DNA from: Proteobacteria bacterium UBA5122
GTDB lineage: Bacteria > Pseudomonadota > Gammaproteobacteria > Tenderiales > Tenderiaceae
DNA: 64,000 nucleotides
Direction of reading: 5' to 3'
Assembly (NCBI GenBank): GCA_002415485.1
Contig: DHYU01000071.1
Coordinates: 389 to 64,388, forward strand
Shown here: in pieces, positions 38,430 to 48,352 of the stretch
Numbering within the stretch: the stretch's first letter is position 1
Layout: each line of letters opens with the position of its first letter
The notes under the pieces: generated by a model
Databases searched by the model: none
What the model was told of the DNA's origin: nothing
The model's input: the letters and a program-made list of their open reading frames with translations, nothing else
Translations under genes and position numbers: made by a program

Positions 38430-38446
38430 GTCACCAAGGGTTTTGC

Positions 38447-39403
38447 ATGGATTGGTTACACAAGGCGCGTTCGGTGTTCGTCCTCAGCGACGCCGCCATC
38501 GACGAATATCTCGCCACGCTGTTTGTCTCGACCCTCGGACACGGCCCGCGCATCGCCGGCGAGTTGATCGTCAATGCCGACTGCATCGCCGACCCGGCGA
38601 TGGTCACCGGCCTCAAGATCCGCCGCGCACTTGGCCTCGACATCCCGCTCGGCCTCAGCGCCGCCCGCGGCTGGAACCCCTTCCCGTGGCAATACCGCGA
38701 AGACTGCATCCGCCTCGGCCAGATCGACATGCTGCGCGAGATCGAGATCCCCTCGCAGAGCTGGGCCGACGGCGACGCCATGCTGCGCGACTACCTGCAG
38801 GCCTGCGCCCCCGGCGAGGCGTTGATCCTCTGCATGTGCCCACCGACACCGCTGACCGACATCCTGCGCGCCCAGCCCGCGCTGGCCACACGCATCGGCG
38901 GCATGATTTGGATGGGCGGCGCGCTCAACGTCCCTGGCAACCTCGACCCGGCGACCCTGCCCGCCGCCGTCTGCAATCCAAGCGCCGAATGGAATGTCTT
39001 CTGGGACCCCAGCAGCGCCGACTGGCTGTTCCGCCATACCGACTTCCCGCTGCTGCTGGCGCCGCTCGACGCCAGTGATCCAGTCAAAATCAGCGCCGAA
39101 CTGCTGCGAACCCTGCGCGAACAAGCGGCCAATGGCTCCAAATTGTCAGAACTGGCTGCCGAGGCCTACAGCCTCGTCGCCGATGAAAAATTCTATCGGC
39201 TGTGGGATGTGGTCTCGGCGCTGCCGCTGCTCGACCTGGACCTGTTTCACCACCACGACACCGGACTCGAGGTGATCAGCCATGGCCCAGCGCAAGGCAC
39301 AGTGCGCGAACACCCCGGCGGCCGCCGCGCCACCGTACTCAGCGGCGTGCGTGACCTGCCGCAGCTCTACGCCCGCGTCTGCCGCCAGTTCAACCACGGC
39401 TGA
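38447..39403 (+). CDS. Nucleoside hydrolase-like protein
   Basis: Overall IUNH-like layout (VLSDAAIDE..., MIWMGGALNVPGN, AEWNVFWDP). The N-terminal Asp cluster looks degenerate. Confidence 0.6.
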   Translation: MDWLHKARSVFVLSDAAIDEYLATLFVSTLGHGPRIAGELIVNADCIADPAMVTGLKIRRALGLDIPLGLSAARGWNPFPWQYREDCIRLGQIDMLREIEIPSQSWADGDAMLRDYLQACAPGEALILCMCPPTPLTDILRAQPALATRIGGMIWMGGALNVPGNLDPATLPAAVCNPSAEWNVFWDPSSADWLFRHTDFPLLLAPLDASDPVKISAELLRTLREQAANGSKLSELAAEAYSLVADEKFYRLWDVVSALPLLDLDLFHHHDTGLEVISHGPAQGTVREHPGGRRATVLSGVRDLPQLYARVCRQFNHG

Positions 39404-39480
39404 CAACTTGGAGCCACGCGCCATTATCGGTTAAGCTGTCGAACCTCAGCACAGCAGTCAGACATTCAGGAGGCGCACCG

Positions 39481-39867
39481 ATGCAGACATCCCGATTCAA
39501 CTCCCTGGCCTGCGGCCTACTCGCACTGGCAATCGTTGCCGCCCCCGTCGCCCATGCCGGCGACCCCACCACCCGCAAGATGGCCGAGATCATCCTGCAG
39601 ATGGACGCCAAACCCGGCGATGAGGCCAAGGCCACGCTGGAGAAGATCGCCACCAACATCGGTTCCACCGCCACCGAACAGACCCTGGCCAAGATCATGC
39701 TCCATGTCGATGGCAAGATCCGCCCGATCGACAAACCGGTCGCGATGAAGGTCATGCTCGACCCCGCCGCCAGCCCCAACGAACGTAATATCGCCAAGGC
39801 CCTGCTGCGCTACGAAGGCGAGGCCAACGAGAAGGTTCAGACCGTACTCAACGAGGTCATTCGATAA
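39481..39867 (+). CDS. Hypothetical secreted protein
   Basis: Signal peptide MQTSRFNSLACGLLALAIVAAPVAHA followed by a helical 100-aa domain; no recognised family. Confidence 0.5.
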   Translation: MQTSRFNSLACGLLALAIVAAPVAHAGDPTTRKMAEIILQMDAKPGDEAKATLEKIATNIGSTATEQTLAKIMLHVDGKIRPIDKPVAMKVMLDPAASPNERNIAKALLRYEGEANEKVQTVLNEVIR

Positions 39868-39876
39868 CCAGCAACG

Positions 39877-42800
39877 TCAGCGCTCGATCGAAAAGATGAA
39901 ATCGGCGCTCTGATATTCACCCGACTCCGCCTTCAGCTGCCAGTCTTGCGAGAGCTGGTAGCGCAGGTGGAGGGTGTTCACCGCATCCAGCAGGCCCACG
40001 CCGTAACCGACATACAGCCGTGGCGACAGATACCGCCCCATCAGCAACGCGGCCTGGTCGCCACCGCCACTGGTATCGATGCGCATCTCCTCCAGACCAA
40101 ATCGGTCACCGATACTGCGGGCCAGAAAATCCCCGCCCTTGAGACCGATCGCCAGCGCCGCCTGCGCCATCATCGCGCCCTCGCTGGACGAGGCGGTGCG
40201 ATCCAGCGGCCGCCCCAGCACCAGGTAACCGAGCACGTCGGTCTGCTCCATCGCCGGCACCGAATACAACTCAAACTCCGGCTGACGCAGCAGGCCCCGC
40301 ACCCGGATGCCCGCCGTCACGCTATCGATCTTACGCACTGCACGCAGGTCCAGCGCCGGGTTCGATACCGGCCCGCCGGCGAACATCATGCGCCCCTGCT
40401 CCACCGTCAGGTTCTGGCCATAGGCCTCATACCGCCCCTCGACCACACTGACCTCGCCGTTGGCCGTGGTCGGCTGGCCCGGCTCTTCGACCAACAACAG
40501 ATTGCCCGCAATCTTGCCCTCGAAACCAAAGCCATACAGATAGACCGGCTCGGCCAGCACCACTCGCACCCGACTGCTGATCTGCCACGGCGACGCCGGT
40601 GGTGCCTCGGCCCCGATGATCACCACGTCATCGGAGACCGATTGCACCGCCACCAACTCCTTCGGCAGCAGCCGGGCCTCAACCACACGCACCTCACCAT
40701 CCAGCCATAGCTGACTGCCCTTCAACCGCAACTGTAAATCGGGATCGACGAACACATGCGCCTCGGGGATATGCGAGACCTCTACCCGTTCACCCTTCAG
40801 CGCCAGCTGCGTCTCCCACCCCTGCTCGGCATCGAGCACGGTCTCACCGCTGGCCTGAAAACGACCACCACCCGACTCGCCGCTGAACTGATAGACCAGC
40901 CGCTCACCACCACGGCTCTGGACATCGGCCTCCAGCGCACTGACGTGCAGCCCCAGGCGCGGCACCTGCAAACGCCCATCGCGCAGTCCGAGGCGACCAT
41001 TGATCTTGGGCTGACCCAGGGTCCCTGACACCTGGGTTTCCAGATCAATATTACCCTCTACTCCAAATATCTCGTCTAGAACATTATTAAACAGGCCTAA
41101 ATCTGTGATGTGCCCCTTGGCCTTCACATCCAGCGCCTGCGCCGGCCCGGCAAACGCCAGCGGATCAAAACCCGGCAGGTTCAAATGCCCCTTGATGCCA
41201 TCACCACCAACGATCTGAACATCCACCTTCGAACGCAGACCCCGGCGATCAAATTCGCCACGCAGACTGCCACGGCTGAAATGCCAGTGGCCGCGCTGCT
41301 GGTCGATCAACGGATACGAGATGCTGCCCTTGCCCATGTCGATCGCCAACGAACCCGACACCTCGCCCGCCGCCTGCGCCGCGCGGACCGTCAGATCGAC
41401 ACGCCCATCGTGCAAACTAAAATCCACCGGCATCAGCTGATTGACCAACCGCAGATCGGTCAGCGTCACTGCCAGCTCACCTTGCCAACGCCCGGCATCA
41501 CCGCCGCCATTCAGACAGACGCGCGACCCGGCATTCAACCAACAGACCCGCGCCAACTGCCATTGTCCATGCAACCAGGAGAGATCCGCAGCAGCCTCTT
41601 GCTGACGCCAGCTGCCCCAACGCGGCGACGTGAATTCGGAGCCGGTCAGCAGACCACGCCAACCCACCCCGTCCTCATAACCACCCCGCACACTGATGCC
41701 CGTCGCATAGGTCGCGCGCGTCATATGGGCGCTGACCCGGTGTCGTTGCAGATCGCCATTGGCATTGATGCGCAACGCCGCCATCGACTCGCCCGCCACG
41801 TACAGATCCCGCGCATCGAGATTGAGATTCAGGTCCTGCCAACTGAGCAGCGTCAGCCCAAGCCGCCCCTGCAGCTGATCCACCATCGATGATCCACTGC
41901 CATCCTGATACACCAACCGCCACCCCTCAAACGACAGACTCAGTCGGGGTGCCTGACGACTGCCGCCCACTGTGCCGCGAATATCCAGCCTGCCGCTCAC
42001 ATCGGGGTATAGTGCGGCCAGGGACTGGCTGTTAAACAAGACGTCCAGCTTCACGTCATCCCCCCAGCGACCACTGAGCTGCAGACTGTTCTGCGGTGCG
42101 CTAAGCATGAACTGCTTGATCGCCATCTCCCTGCCGCTGGCCTGGACCTCAGCCACCAGCTGCAACGGCCCCTGCCGCAGCTGAGTCAAAACGGTCTCCA
42201 GCGCGGGTGATTGCGGCGGCAGCCACTGGCGCAACCACTGAAAGTCCTCGTCACCCACCACCAGGCCCGCCGCATCGAGGCGCAGGTGCCCGTCAATACC
42301 ACCATTCACCCGCCAATCGCCATCGGCATCGATCCGCGCCAACTGACTCTCGCCATGACGCAGATCATCACCAACGATCCTGAAGCTGATGTGTGGCCGT
42401 GCACGTTCACCATACGCACGGCCTTCTGCATCGACCCTGCCCGCCAACGACGGATGCAGCTGTTGCAAGGCCGGCGAGCGCAAATGCCAATTCAGCGCCA
42501 GCTGTTCACCCACGCGCCCCTTGAGCATCAATTCGCTCTGCGCCGATTTGAATTCACTGTGGGCAATCAACCAGTCGTCGCCGTTAAACTCCAAGCCCGC
42601 CTGCACGGCCACCGGATAATCACGCAACTCCCCGGTCAGGCGCTCGACCTCGATCGCCATGATGTGCGATTCGCTCGATACCTGGCGACCACCGGCGATC
42701 CCTGCCAAATCGATCTTTCCCGGGAATTCGCGCCAGATAGCCTCAGGATTAACGCCCTTCGCCTCCAGATCAACGAACCAGGCAAAATCCCCACCCCAAT

Positions 42801-43695
42801 TCAACTCACCTTGCGCCTGTAATTCGCCGCCCAGCGCCTGCAAGGTCAGCGACTGCACCTGCATCTGCGTCAGATCACCACTGGCCCATCCCTCACCACT
42901 CACCGGCAGCGCGGGCCAGCCTGCATAAAGCTTGGTCAGCGGCGCCCGCGCCATGCGCAGGTTCAGCTGCCAACGTAGGTCGGTCAACACGTCGAAGGCA
43001 GTGATCTCGGCATGGCCACGGGTCGGCAGGCGCAAGTCAGTGGTCAGGCGGGTCTGGTGCAGATCGCCCTTGAGCTGACCCTGCCCGGCCAGCCGCTGCC
43101 AGGCCGGGATATCCAGCACCAGATCCAGCGACAGGCTGTGGCGGTAATCGGCCCACGGCTGCAACAGGCCACTGAACTTGGCCTGGATCGCCGGGCCATC
43201 AATCTCCGCATCATCAAAATGAATACCATCATCATTGATGCTTGCCGCCACACGCAGCCGGTTCAACTCAAATGGCGCGCTCCCCTCGGCCTCATAACGT
43301 AAGCCAGCCAAGGTTAGCTCGCGCACCGCCACCCGCAGCGGCAAGTGCAGGTCTGGCAGCCCCTCGCCTGACTGCTCACTCGCCGGGGTCAGGATCACCA
43401 AGCCCTGCAACCTCGCCCGCTTGATATACAGCTCACCCAACAACAACTGACTCAGGCGCCAGCTGAACTCACCCTCTTCGAGCATCACCGTCACCGCGGC
43501 ATCCTGATAACGCAGCCCTTCGACGCGCACCGGGCCAATCAAGGCTCCCTCCACCCGTTCGATGCTCAGTTGCGGCGGCAGCGTGCGCGCCAGCAACCAG
43601 TGCAGGCCGTGTTCGGTGCCGATCAGCCACGCCAGCGGCAGGCTCATCAACCAGAACAACAACAAAATTAGAAAGTTAAAGCGACGCACGATCAC
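39877..43695 (-). CDS. tamB: Translocation and assembly module protein TamB (DUF490)
   Basis: About 1270 aa with an N-terminal anchor (FNFLILLLFWLMSLPLAWLIG), a long beta-rich body, and C-terminal DUF490 (RYLSPRLYVGYGVGLLDAVNTLHLRYQLS). Proposed GTG start overlaps the tamA stop (GTGA). Confidence 0.85.
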   Translation of the reverse strand: MIVRRFNFLILLLFWLMSLPLAWLIGTEHGLHWLLARTLPPQLSIERVEGALIGPVRVEGLRYQDAAVTVMLEEGEFSWRLSQLLLGELYIKRARLQGLVILTPASEQSGEGLPDLHLPLRVAVRELTLAGLRYEAEGSAPFELNRLRVAASINDDGIHFDDAEIDGPAIQAKFSGLLQPWADYRHSLSLDLVLDIPAWQRLAGQGQLKGDLHQTRLTTDLRLPTRGHAEITAFDVLTDLRWQLNLRMARAPLTKLYAGWPALPVSGEGWASGDLTQMQVQSLTLQALGGELQAQGELNWGGDFAWFVDLEAKGVNPEAIWREFPGKIDLAGIAGGRQVSSESHIMAIEVERLTGELRDYPVAVQAGLEFNGDDWLIAHSEFKSAQSELMLKGRVGEQLALNWHLRSPALQQLHPSLAGRVDAEGRAYGERARPHISFRIVGDDLRHGESQLARIDADGDWRVNGGIDGHLRLDAAGLVVGDEDFQWLRQWLPPQSPALETVLTQLRQGPLQLVAEVQASGREMAIKQFMLSAPQNSLQLSGRWGDDVKLDVLFNSQSLAALYPDVSGRLDIRGTVGGSRQAPRLSLSFEGWRLVYQDGSGSSMVDQLQGRLGLTLLSWQDLNLNLDARDLYVAGESMAALRINANGDLQRHRVSAHMTRATYATGISVRGGYEDGVGWRGLLTGSEFTSPRWGSWRQQEAAADLSWLHGQWQLARVCWLNAGSRVCLNGGGDAGRWQGELAVTLTDLRLVNQLMPVDFSLHDGRVDLTVRAAQAAGEVSGSLAIDMGKGSISYPLIDQQRGHWHFSRGSLRGEFDRRGLRSKVDVQIVGGDGIKGHLNLPGFDPLAFAGPAQALDVKAKGHITDLGLFNNVLDEIFGVEGNIDLETQVSGTLGQPKINGRLGLRDGRLQVPRLGLHVSALEADVQSRGGERLVYQFSGESGGGRFQASGETVLDAEQGWETQLALKGERVEVSHIPEAHVFVDPDLQLRLKGSQLWLDGEVRVVEARLLPKELVAVQSVSDDVVIIGAEAPPASPWQISSRVRVVLAEPVYLYGFGFEGKIAGNLLLVEEPGQPTTANGEVSVVEGRYEAYGQNLTVEQGRMMFAGGPVSNPALDLRAVRKIDSVTAGIRVRGLLRQPEFELYSVPAMEQTDVLGYLVLGRPLDRTASSSEGAMMAQAALAIGLKGGDFLARSIGDRFGLEEMRIDTSGGGDQAALLMGRYLSPRLYVGYGVGLLDAVNTLHLRYQLSQDWQLKAESGEYQSADFIFSIER

Positions 43696-45440
43696 AAATC
43701 GGGCCCGATGTTGATGTGCACCCGCCACGGATGCTCCGGCTCTGAGACGGCCCAGGCGACATCGAAACGCAGCGCACCGACCGGTGTCAGCCAACGCAGC
43801 CCCAGCCCGGCGCCGCGTTTGAGCGACGCACTGTAGTCATTCATCGCATTACCGGCATCGGCAAACACGGCCAGCCCCCAATCCTGTAAAAAACGAAGTT
43901 CATATTCGACACTGGACTCAAGCAGGTGTTTGCCCCCCACCACCTCACCCGTGGCATTCACCGGCCCGAGTGACTGGTAACGATAACCGCGCACACTCTG
44001 CGCGCCGCCGGCAAAGAAACGCACCGAGGCCGGCAGCTTGTCGAAGTGATCGACCTCGGTACTGCCGACCCCGACACGGGCCAGCAAGCGATGACGCCGC
44101 CCCAGCGTGGTCAGCCCTTTGAGTTTGAGTCGGCCCTGTACGAAATCGGTATCAGACAGGGTGTCCTCACTAGCGCCGCGCAACTCCATGTCGAGTGAAA
44201 TGCCATCATCCAGCACGATACGCTCCTCGGCCCAGCGCCGCCCGAGGCCGATCGACGGGATCAGCAAGGTGGTATCACCCTCGTCGTCTGCGATGACAAA
44301 TTGCTCCTTGTGAAAATTCAGCGCCCACGTCTCCTGCCACGGCCCGCGGATCTGTAACAGACTCACCCCAAGGGTAAAGATATCGCTCTCACTGGTATTC
44401 AGATCGGTGGTGACATAACCGGCACTCAGCGTCCAGCGCTCCAGTCGCGGATTGCCGGCGGGGATGTGATAACGCCCCTCGATACCGCCGCCAATGGTCG
44501 ATATATGCAGCTCGGTCTCGATACGATGCCCGTCGGCATTGACGCGGGGCTGCTCCCAGCCCAGCTTGGTACGGGCCCCCGTATCAGTGCCATAGCCCAG
44601 CGCCAAGGTATAACGATTGTCCTTACGCGGCATCACCTGCACCGATACCGGCACCTGCATACCATCGGGCGAACCTTCCGGCAGCACTTCAACCTCGCTG
44701 AAATAATCGCTATCGATCAACGCCTGCTGCAGACTCAGCAACTTCGCCACGTCATAGGGGTCACCGGCCGCAAAGTCGATGTAACGCGCAAACAAGGCCG
44801 GCTCCAGCACATCCTGTAACAAACCAATCTCGCCAAACTTATAACGGTGACCACTATCGAAGGTCAGTTCAATGTCCGCCTGATAACGCTGCAGATCAAT
44901 GCTGATGCGGGGCTGTAAAAACTGGGCATCAAAATAACCACGCTCATGTGCGAGCTTGATCAGGTCATCCTTGGCCTGCTCGTACAGCAACTGATCCAAC
45001 ACCATGCCGTCGCTGAGCGGGAACGCTTGCCACATCGCCATAAACTGAGGATCGGCCGCCGCCTCACCCGTCAATTCACGCCGCACCTGGCCAATCAACA
45101 ACGGCGGCCCCAGTTCAACCCGATAACTGGCCTGCCAACCGCCTCCGTCGATCGGTGACAACATCGACTCCACACTCGGCCGGTAATAACCATATGGCTG
45201 CAAGGCCTGCTCAATCTCGCTGCGCGCCTTTTCATGCAGACGACGCACGCGACCTTCCGTCATCAAGGGGTGATTACGCTGCTGCTGGATCGACAGCCAC
45301 TGCATGATGTTGGTCTGCATCACACCACTGACGCCCTCGACAGACACCTCCACCGAAACGTCGGCGCGCAGTGGCAATGGCAGCCCCGCGACTACCATCA
45401 GACCCACACTCATCAAATACGCCCGCCAACCTCGAACCAT
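43692..45440 (-). CDS. tamA: Outer-membrane assembly factor TamA (Omp85 family)
   Basis: Signal peptide, POTRA repeats, and a C-terminal barrel ending FDVAWAVSEPEHPWRVHINIGPDL. Start at MVRGWRAYLMSVG. Confidence 0.88.
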   Translation of the reverse strand: MVRGWRAYLMSVGLMVVAGLPLPLRADVSVEVSVEGVSGVMQTNIMQWLSIQQQRNHPLMTEGRVRRLHEKARSEIEQALQPYGYYRPSVESMLSPIDGGGWQASYRVELGPPLLIGQVRRELTGEAAADPQFMAMWQAFPLSDGMVLDQLLYEQAKDDLIKLAHERGYFDAQFLQPRISIDLQRYQADIELTFDSGHRYKFGEIGLLQDVLEPALFARYIDFAAGDPYDVAKLLSLQQALIDSDYFSEVEVLPEGSPDGMQVPVSVQVMPRKDNRYTLALGYGTDTGARTKLGWEQPRVNADGHRIETELHISTIGGGIEGRYHIPAGNPRLERWTLSAGYVTTDLNTSESDIFTLGVSLLQIRGPWQETWALNFHKEQFVIADDEGDTTLLIPSIGLGRRWAEERIVLDDGISLDMELRGASEDTLSDTDFVQGRLKLKGLTTLGRRHRLLARVGVGSTEVDHFDKLPASVRFFAGGAQSVRGYRYQSLGPVNATGEVVGGKHLLESSVEYELRFLQDWGLAVFADAGNAMNDYSASLKRGAGLGLRWLTPVGALRFDVAWAVSEPEHPWRVHINIGPDL

Positions 45441-45609
45441 GCAACACTCAACCCGCTTCAATTCTTTCACGATAGCGCGAACCTTCCATATATAAAAGAA
45501 AGACCCACACAATCTCTGCCCCATAAAACACAGCAACCCCCAACTGCCAAATTCAATCACGCTTTGCTACATTAAGCGCCATAATATCGATAACCTTGGA
45601 GCACACCCC

Positions 45610-45927
45610 ATGCGTCACATCTTGTTGGTCACCACACTCAGCCTTGGCCTTGGCGCCTGCAGCTGGGTTGAAGTCACCCCCGGCGGCAATACCGTACTGC
45701 TCGCCACCGATAGTAGCCAAATTGCCCACTGCAAGCTCATCGGCACCGTCGATGCCAGCGTGATGAATCGACTGTTCTTTAGCCGTGATCGCACCCAAGT
45801 CGCCAGCGAACTGGCCGACCTTGCCCGCAACCGCGCCGCTGAGATGGGGGGCGACACCATCACCGCCGCCAATGCCATCGATGAAGGCAAACAACGGTTT
45901 AACGTCTACAACTGCAATAACCAATAA
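45610..45927 (+). CDS. DUF4156 lipoprotein
   Basis: Lipobox LGLGAC and C-terminal NRAAEMGGDTI...NVYNC. Confidence 0.65.
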   Translation: MRHILLVTTLSLGLGACSWVEVTPGGNTVLLATDSSQIAHCKLIGTVDASVMNRLFFSRDRTQVASELADLARNRAAEMGGDTITAANAIDEGKQRFNVYNCNNQ

Positions 45928-46048
45928 CCATGCCCCCTTGGCAGCAATGCCAAGGGGGTCACAGTTTTCGATCTTTCCTTTCAAGCACGCCTGCAAGCAG
46001 TCGTAAACCGTGTGTAGCCATCACACAACCACCGCAGGAGCCGTGCGC

Positions 46049-46366
46049 ATGAAAGCATTTAGAACATTGAGTTTGGTTGAAGGGGTATCACTGCTGATAC
46101 TGCTGTTTATCGCCATGCCCGCCAAATATCAATTCGGCCTCGACCAGGCTGTATTCTACGCCGGTATTACCCACGGCATATTGTTCCTCGCCTATCTGGT
46201 CGCCACGCTGGCCGTCAGTCACAGCCAGGGCTGGTCGATCATACGTTGGTTGATGGTCTTCCTTGCTGGCGTCATCCCGTTTGGCTTTATCTTTGTTGAT
46301 CGTCAACTTAAGAATGTACCGCAACCTCCCATTGACACTGACGCAACCTCTCCGAAAACAGCGTAA
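46049..46366 (+). CDS. DUF3817 membrane protein (second copy)
   Basis: FRTLSLVEGVSLLILLFIAMPAKYQFG...THGILFLAY, with an AGGAG RBS before the internal Met. Confidence 0.75.
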   Translation: MKAFRTLSLVEGVSLLILLFIAMPAKYQFGLDQAVFYAGITHGILFLAYLVATLAVSHSQGWSIIRWLMVFLAGVIPFGFIFVDRQLKNVPQPPIDTDATSPKTA

Positions 46367-46528
46367 AAACCTTTTCTTATCGATAACACCCTTATTTTGC
46401 GCATAAGGGGAAGCTTAATCGCGCCCTTACTTGGCATTCTCTCGCAATAAACACTAGATTTTTTGCCCAAGCCGGCCAATACTTGAAAAAACTTGATTTC
46501 AAATTTGGACTCCATATAATGCAGCGCC

Positions 46529-47653
46529 ATGCGTAAGGTCATAAATCAGCTCGCCCTCCAGCAAGCCCTTGAAGAGCTAGGCTGGACTCAATCCAAACTA
46601 GCCGAAAAAGTAGGTGTTTCTGCCCAGTCAGTTACAAATTGGATGCAAGGAGAAGGCTTTCCGCGTCCAGCAACTTTACTCAAACTTGCCACACTATTGC
46701 GCCTGAATTTTGAGCAACTAGTACAAACGGAAGAAAAAGATCGTCCTGTTGTTGCCTTTAGAAAAAAGGGCAATGCAAAAACTACCGAAATTCACATTAA
46801 TAAAGCCTCTGAAATTGGCATGCTGCTCAAACCTCTGGTGCCATATCTGCCAGAAATGCTAGCACTACGCACCCTGATCACCTCACCATCAACGGAATAC
46901 AGCAAACTGCAAACTGCCGTATCCCAAACTCGTGCTCGACTTGGCATAGGCGACCATGCCGTACTACGGTATGAACAATTGATCGGTGAATTTGCCGACA
47001 GTGGCGCCATACTGATTCCGGTATTGTGGGGAAACAAAGGCAACCATGAAAACGCCATGCACATCCGCCTGCCCGCGGAAGATATCACCTTCATCTTTGT
47101 GAACCTGGACACCCGCGTCGAAGACTTTAAATTCTGGATGGCACATGAGCTGGCTCATGTCTTCACCCCTGATTTAGCGGGCACCATCGAAGGGGAAGAT
47201 TACGCCGATGCCTTCGCCGGTTCGTTGCTATTTCCACGCGCCTGTGCTGAATCCGCCTATGCCGAAGCCAGCCGCAAACGTAGCACCAAGGGAGAGATTG
47301 AAGCATTACTTCATCATGCTCACAGCCACAGTATATCGCTCAACACGGTATACCAGCGCGTCAAAGAATTTGCTTCCTTCGCAAAGCTACCCGCATTGCG
47401 CGTGGATGATCGCGCCATTCATATGGTACGTAACAGCATCACAGGCCCTCTTGTCAGTGAAGCACTGTTTGACCCCATGCCGCCAAGTCCTCAACAGTTC
47501 ATTGCCAACGCAGAGAACAACTTCCGCTCCAGTTTCTTCCAGGCACTAAAGCAGATGATTTTGGATAAAGGTACAGAAGCGGGCTATTTACAACAGATAC
47601 TCGACCTCTCCATTGGCGATGCCCAGGCACTGCATGAGGAAATGACTCATTGA
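46529..47653 (+). CDS. XRE-family HTH fused to ImmA/IrrE (COG2856/DUF955) zinc metallopeptidase domain
   Basis: N-terminal HTH (WTQSKLAEKVGVSAQSVTNWMQG) and an HExxH motif (WMAHELAHVF). Lies in a visibly lower-GC stretch. Confidence 0.8.
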   Translation: MRKVINQLALQQALEELGWTQSKLAEKVGVSAQSVTNWMQGEGFPRPATLLKLATLLRLNFEQLVQTEEKDRPVVAFRKKGNAKTTEIHINKASEIGMLLKPLVPYLPEMLALRTLITSPSTEYSKLQTAVSQTRARLGIGDHAVLRYEQLIGEFADSGAILIPVLWGNKGNHENAMHIRLPAEDITFIFVNLDTRVEDFKFWMAHELAHVFTPDLAGTIEGEDYADAFAGSLLFPRACAESAYAEASRKRSTKGEIEALLHHAHSHSISLNTVYQRVKEFASFAKLPALRVDDRAIHMVRNSITGPLVSEALFDPMPPSPQQFIANAENNFRSSFFQALKQMILDKGTEAGYLQQILDLSIGDAQALHEEMTH

Positions 47654-48189
47654 CACTCGTCCTGCTCGATACCAATGCCTACCTTAGAATAGCCAAACGT
47701 GTCCGACCTATGCTTGGTGTTAAGTTCGGACAAAAAGAATACGTACTCACCATTCTTAAAATCACCGAGGATGATGTCCACAAAAGCCCGAAACTACTCC
47801 ACAAATTCGCCTAAAACCTGAAGAAAAATCGGGACTCAGCATCGCTAAAGGCATCTTCCGCCAACACGTCCTCGAAAATGCTGCCAACTACAAAACCCCA
47901 CCGTCCCCCGCCGACTGCCATATCCTAGCTTTTTGACAAATACGCCCCGCGATCGTTGTCACAGACGACTTAAGCATGCATCAACTTGCAAGAATTTGAT
48001 CTGGAAAAATCAATTTGGCATGGCCACGAGCTGCTACATAAAATGCTCAGTGGACAACATATCGACAAACAACTGGTCAGGGAAATTTACGAAGCACTAG
48101 AAAATAATGGTGATCTCCCGAAAAGCTGGCAAGACGTAAAACACACCACTTTCAAGAAAATTTTTTGGCCCCTCATAACCCATCATTAG
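47650..48189 (+). pseudogene. Decayed PIN-domain (VapC-like) gene
   Basis: The frame-1 segment LTLVLLDTNAYLRIAKR... stops at 47812. Frame 0 continues ...PADCHILAF (TGA at 47934) QIRPAIVVTDD... (TGA at 47997), then frame 1 resumes at 47986-48189. PIN acidic motifs are spread over three broken frames. Confidence 0.55.
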
Positions 48190-48352
48190 CAATCCAGCTT
48201 TCTTCATACAACACTCCAGCAAGCTCCGCTCCAAATGCAAATTATAAAAACCATCAGCACAAAAAAATGCCACCCGGGATCAACTCCCCTGATGACATTT
48301 TTCTAATCCGTCCTACACTTAATCTTTATGTAGAGCCTGGCTTTATAAATAA

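Noticed and set aside
38132-38437. N-terminal extension of the protease ORF to 702 aa. Similar over-long starts occur for 6811-8301, 24075-25502, 23208-24044, 29373-30242 and 43692-45560.
   Set aside because: In each case an internal Met is preceded by an RBS and followed by a signal peptide or the conserved N-terminus. The extensions overlap neighbouring genes, promoters or terminators.
34123-46366. The two DUF3817 genes (34123-34428 and 46049-46366) as a possible recent duplication or repeat pair bracketing a mobile segment.
   Set aside because: The similarity is at protein level only and the nucleotide sequences are diverged. The genes are in opposite orientation, and the intervening genes (tamAB, protease and others) look like core genes.
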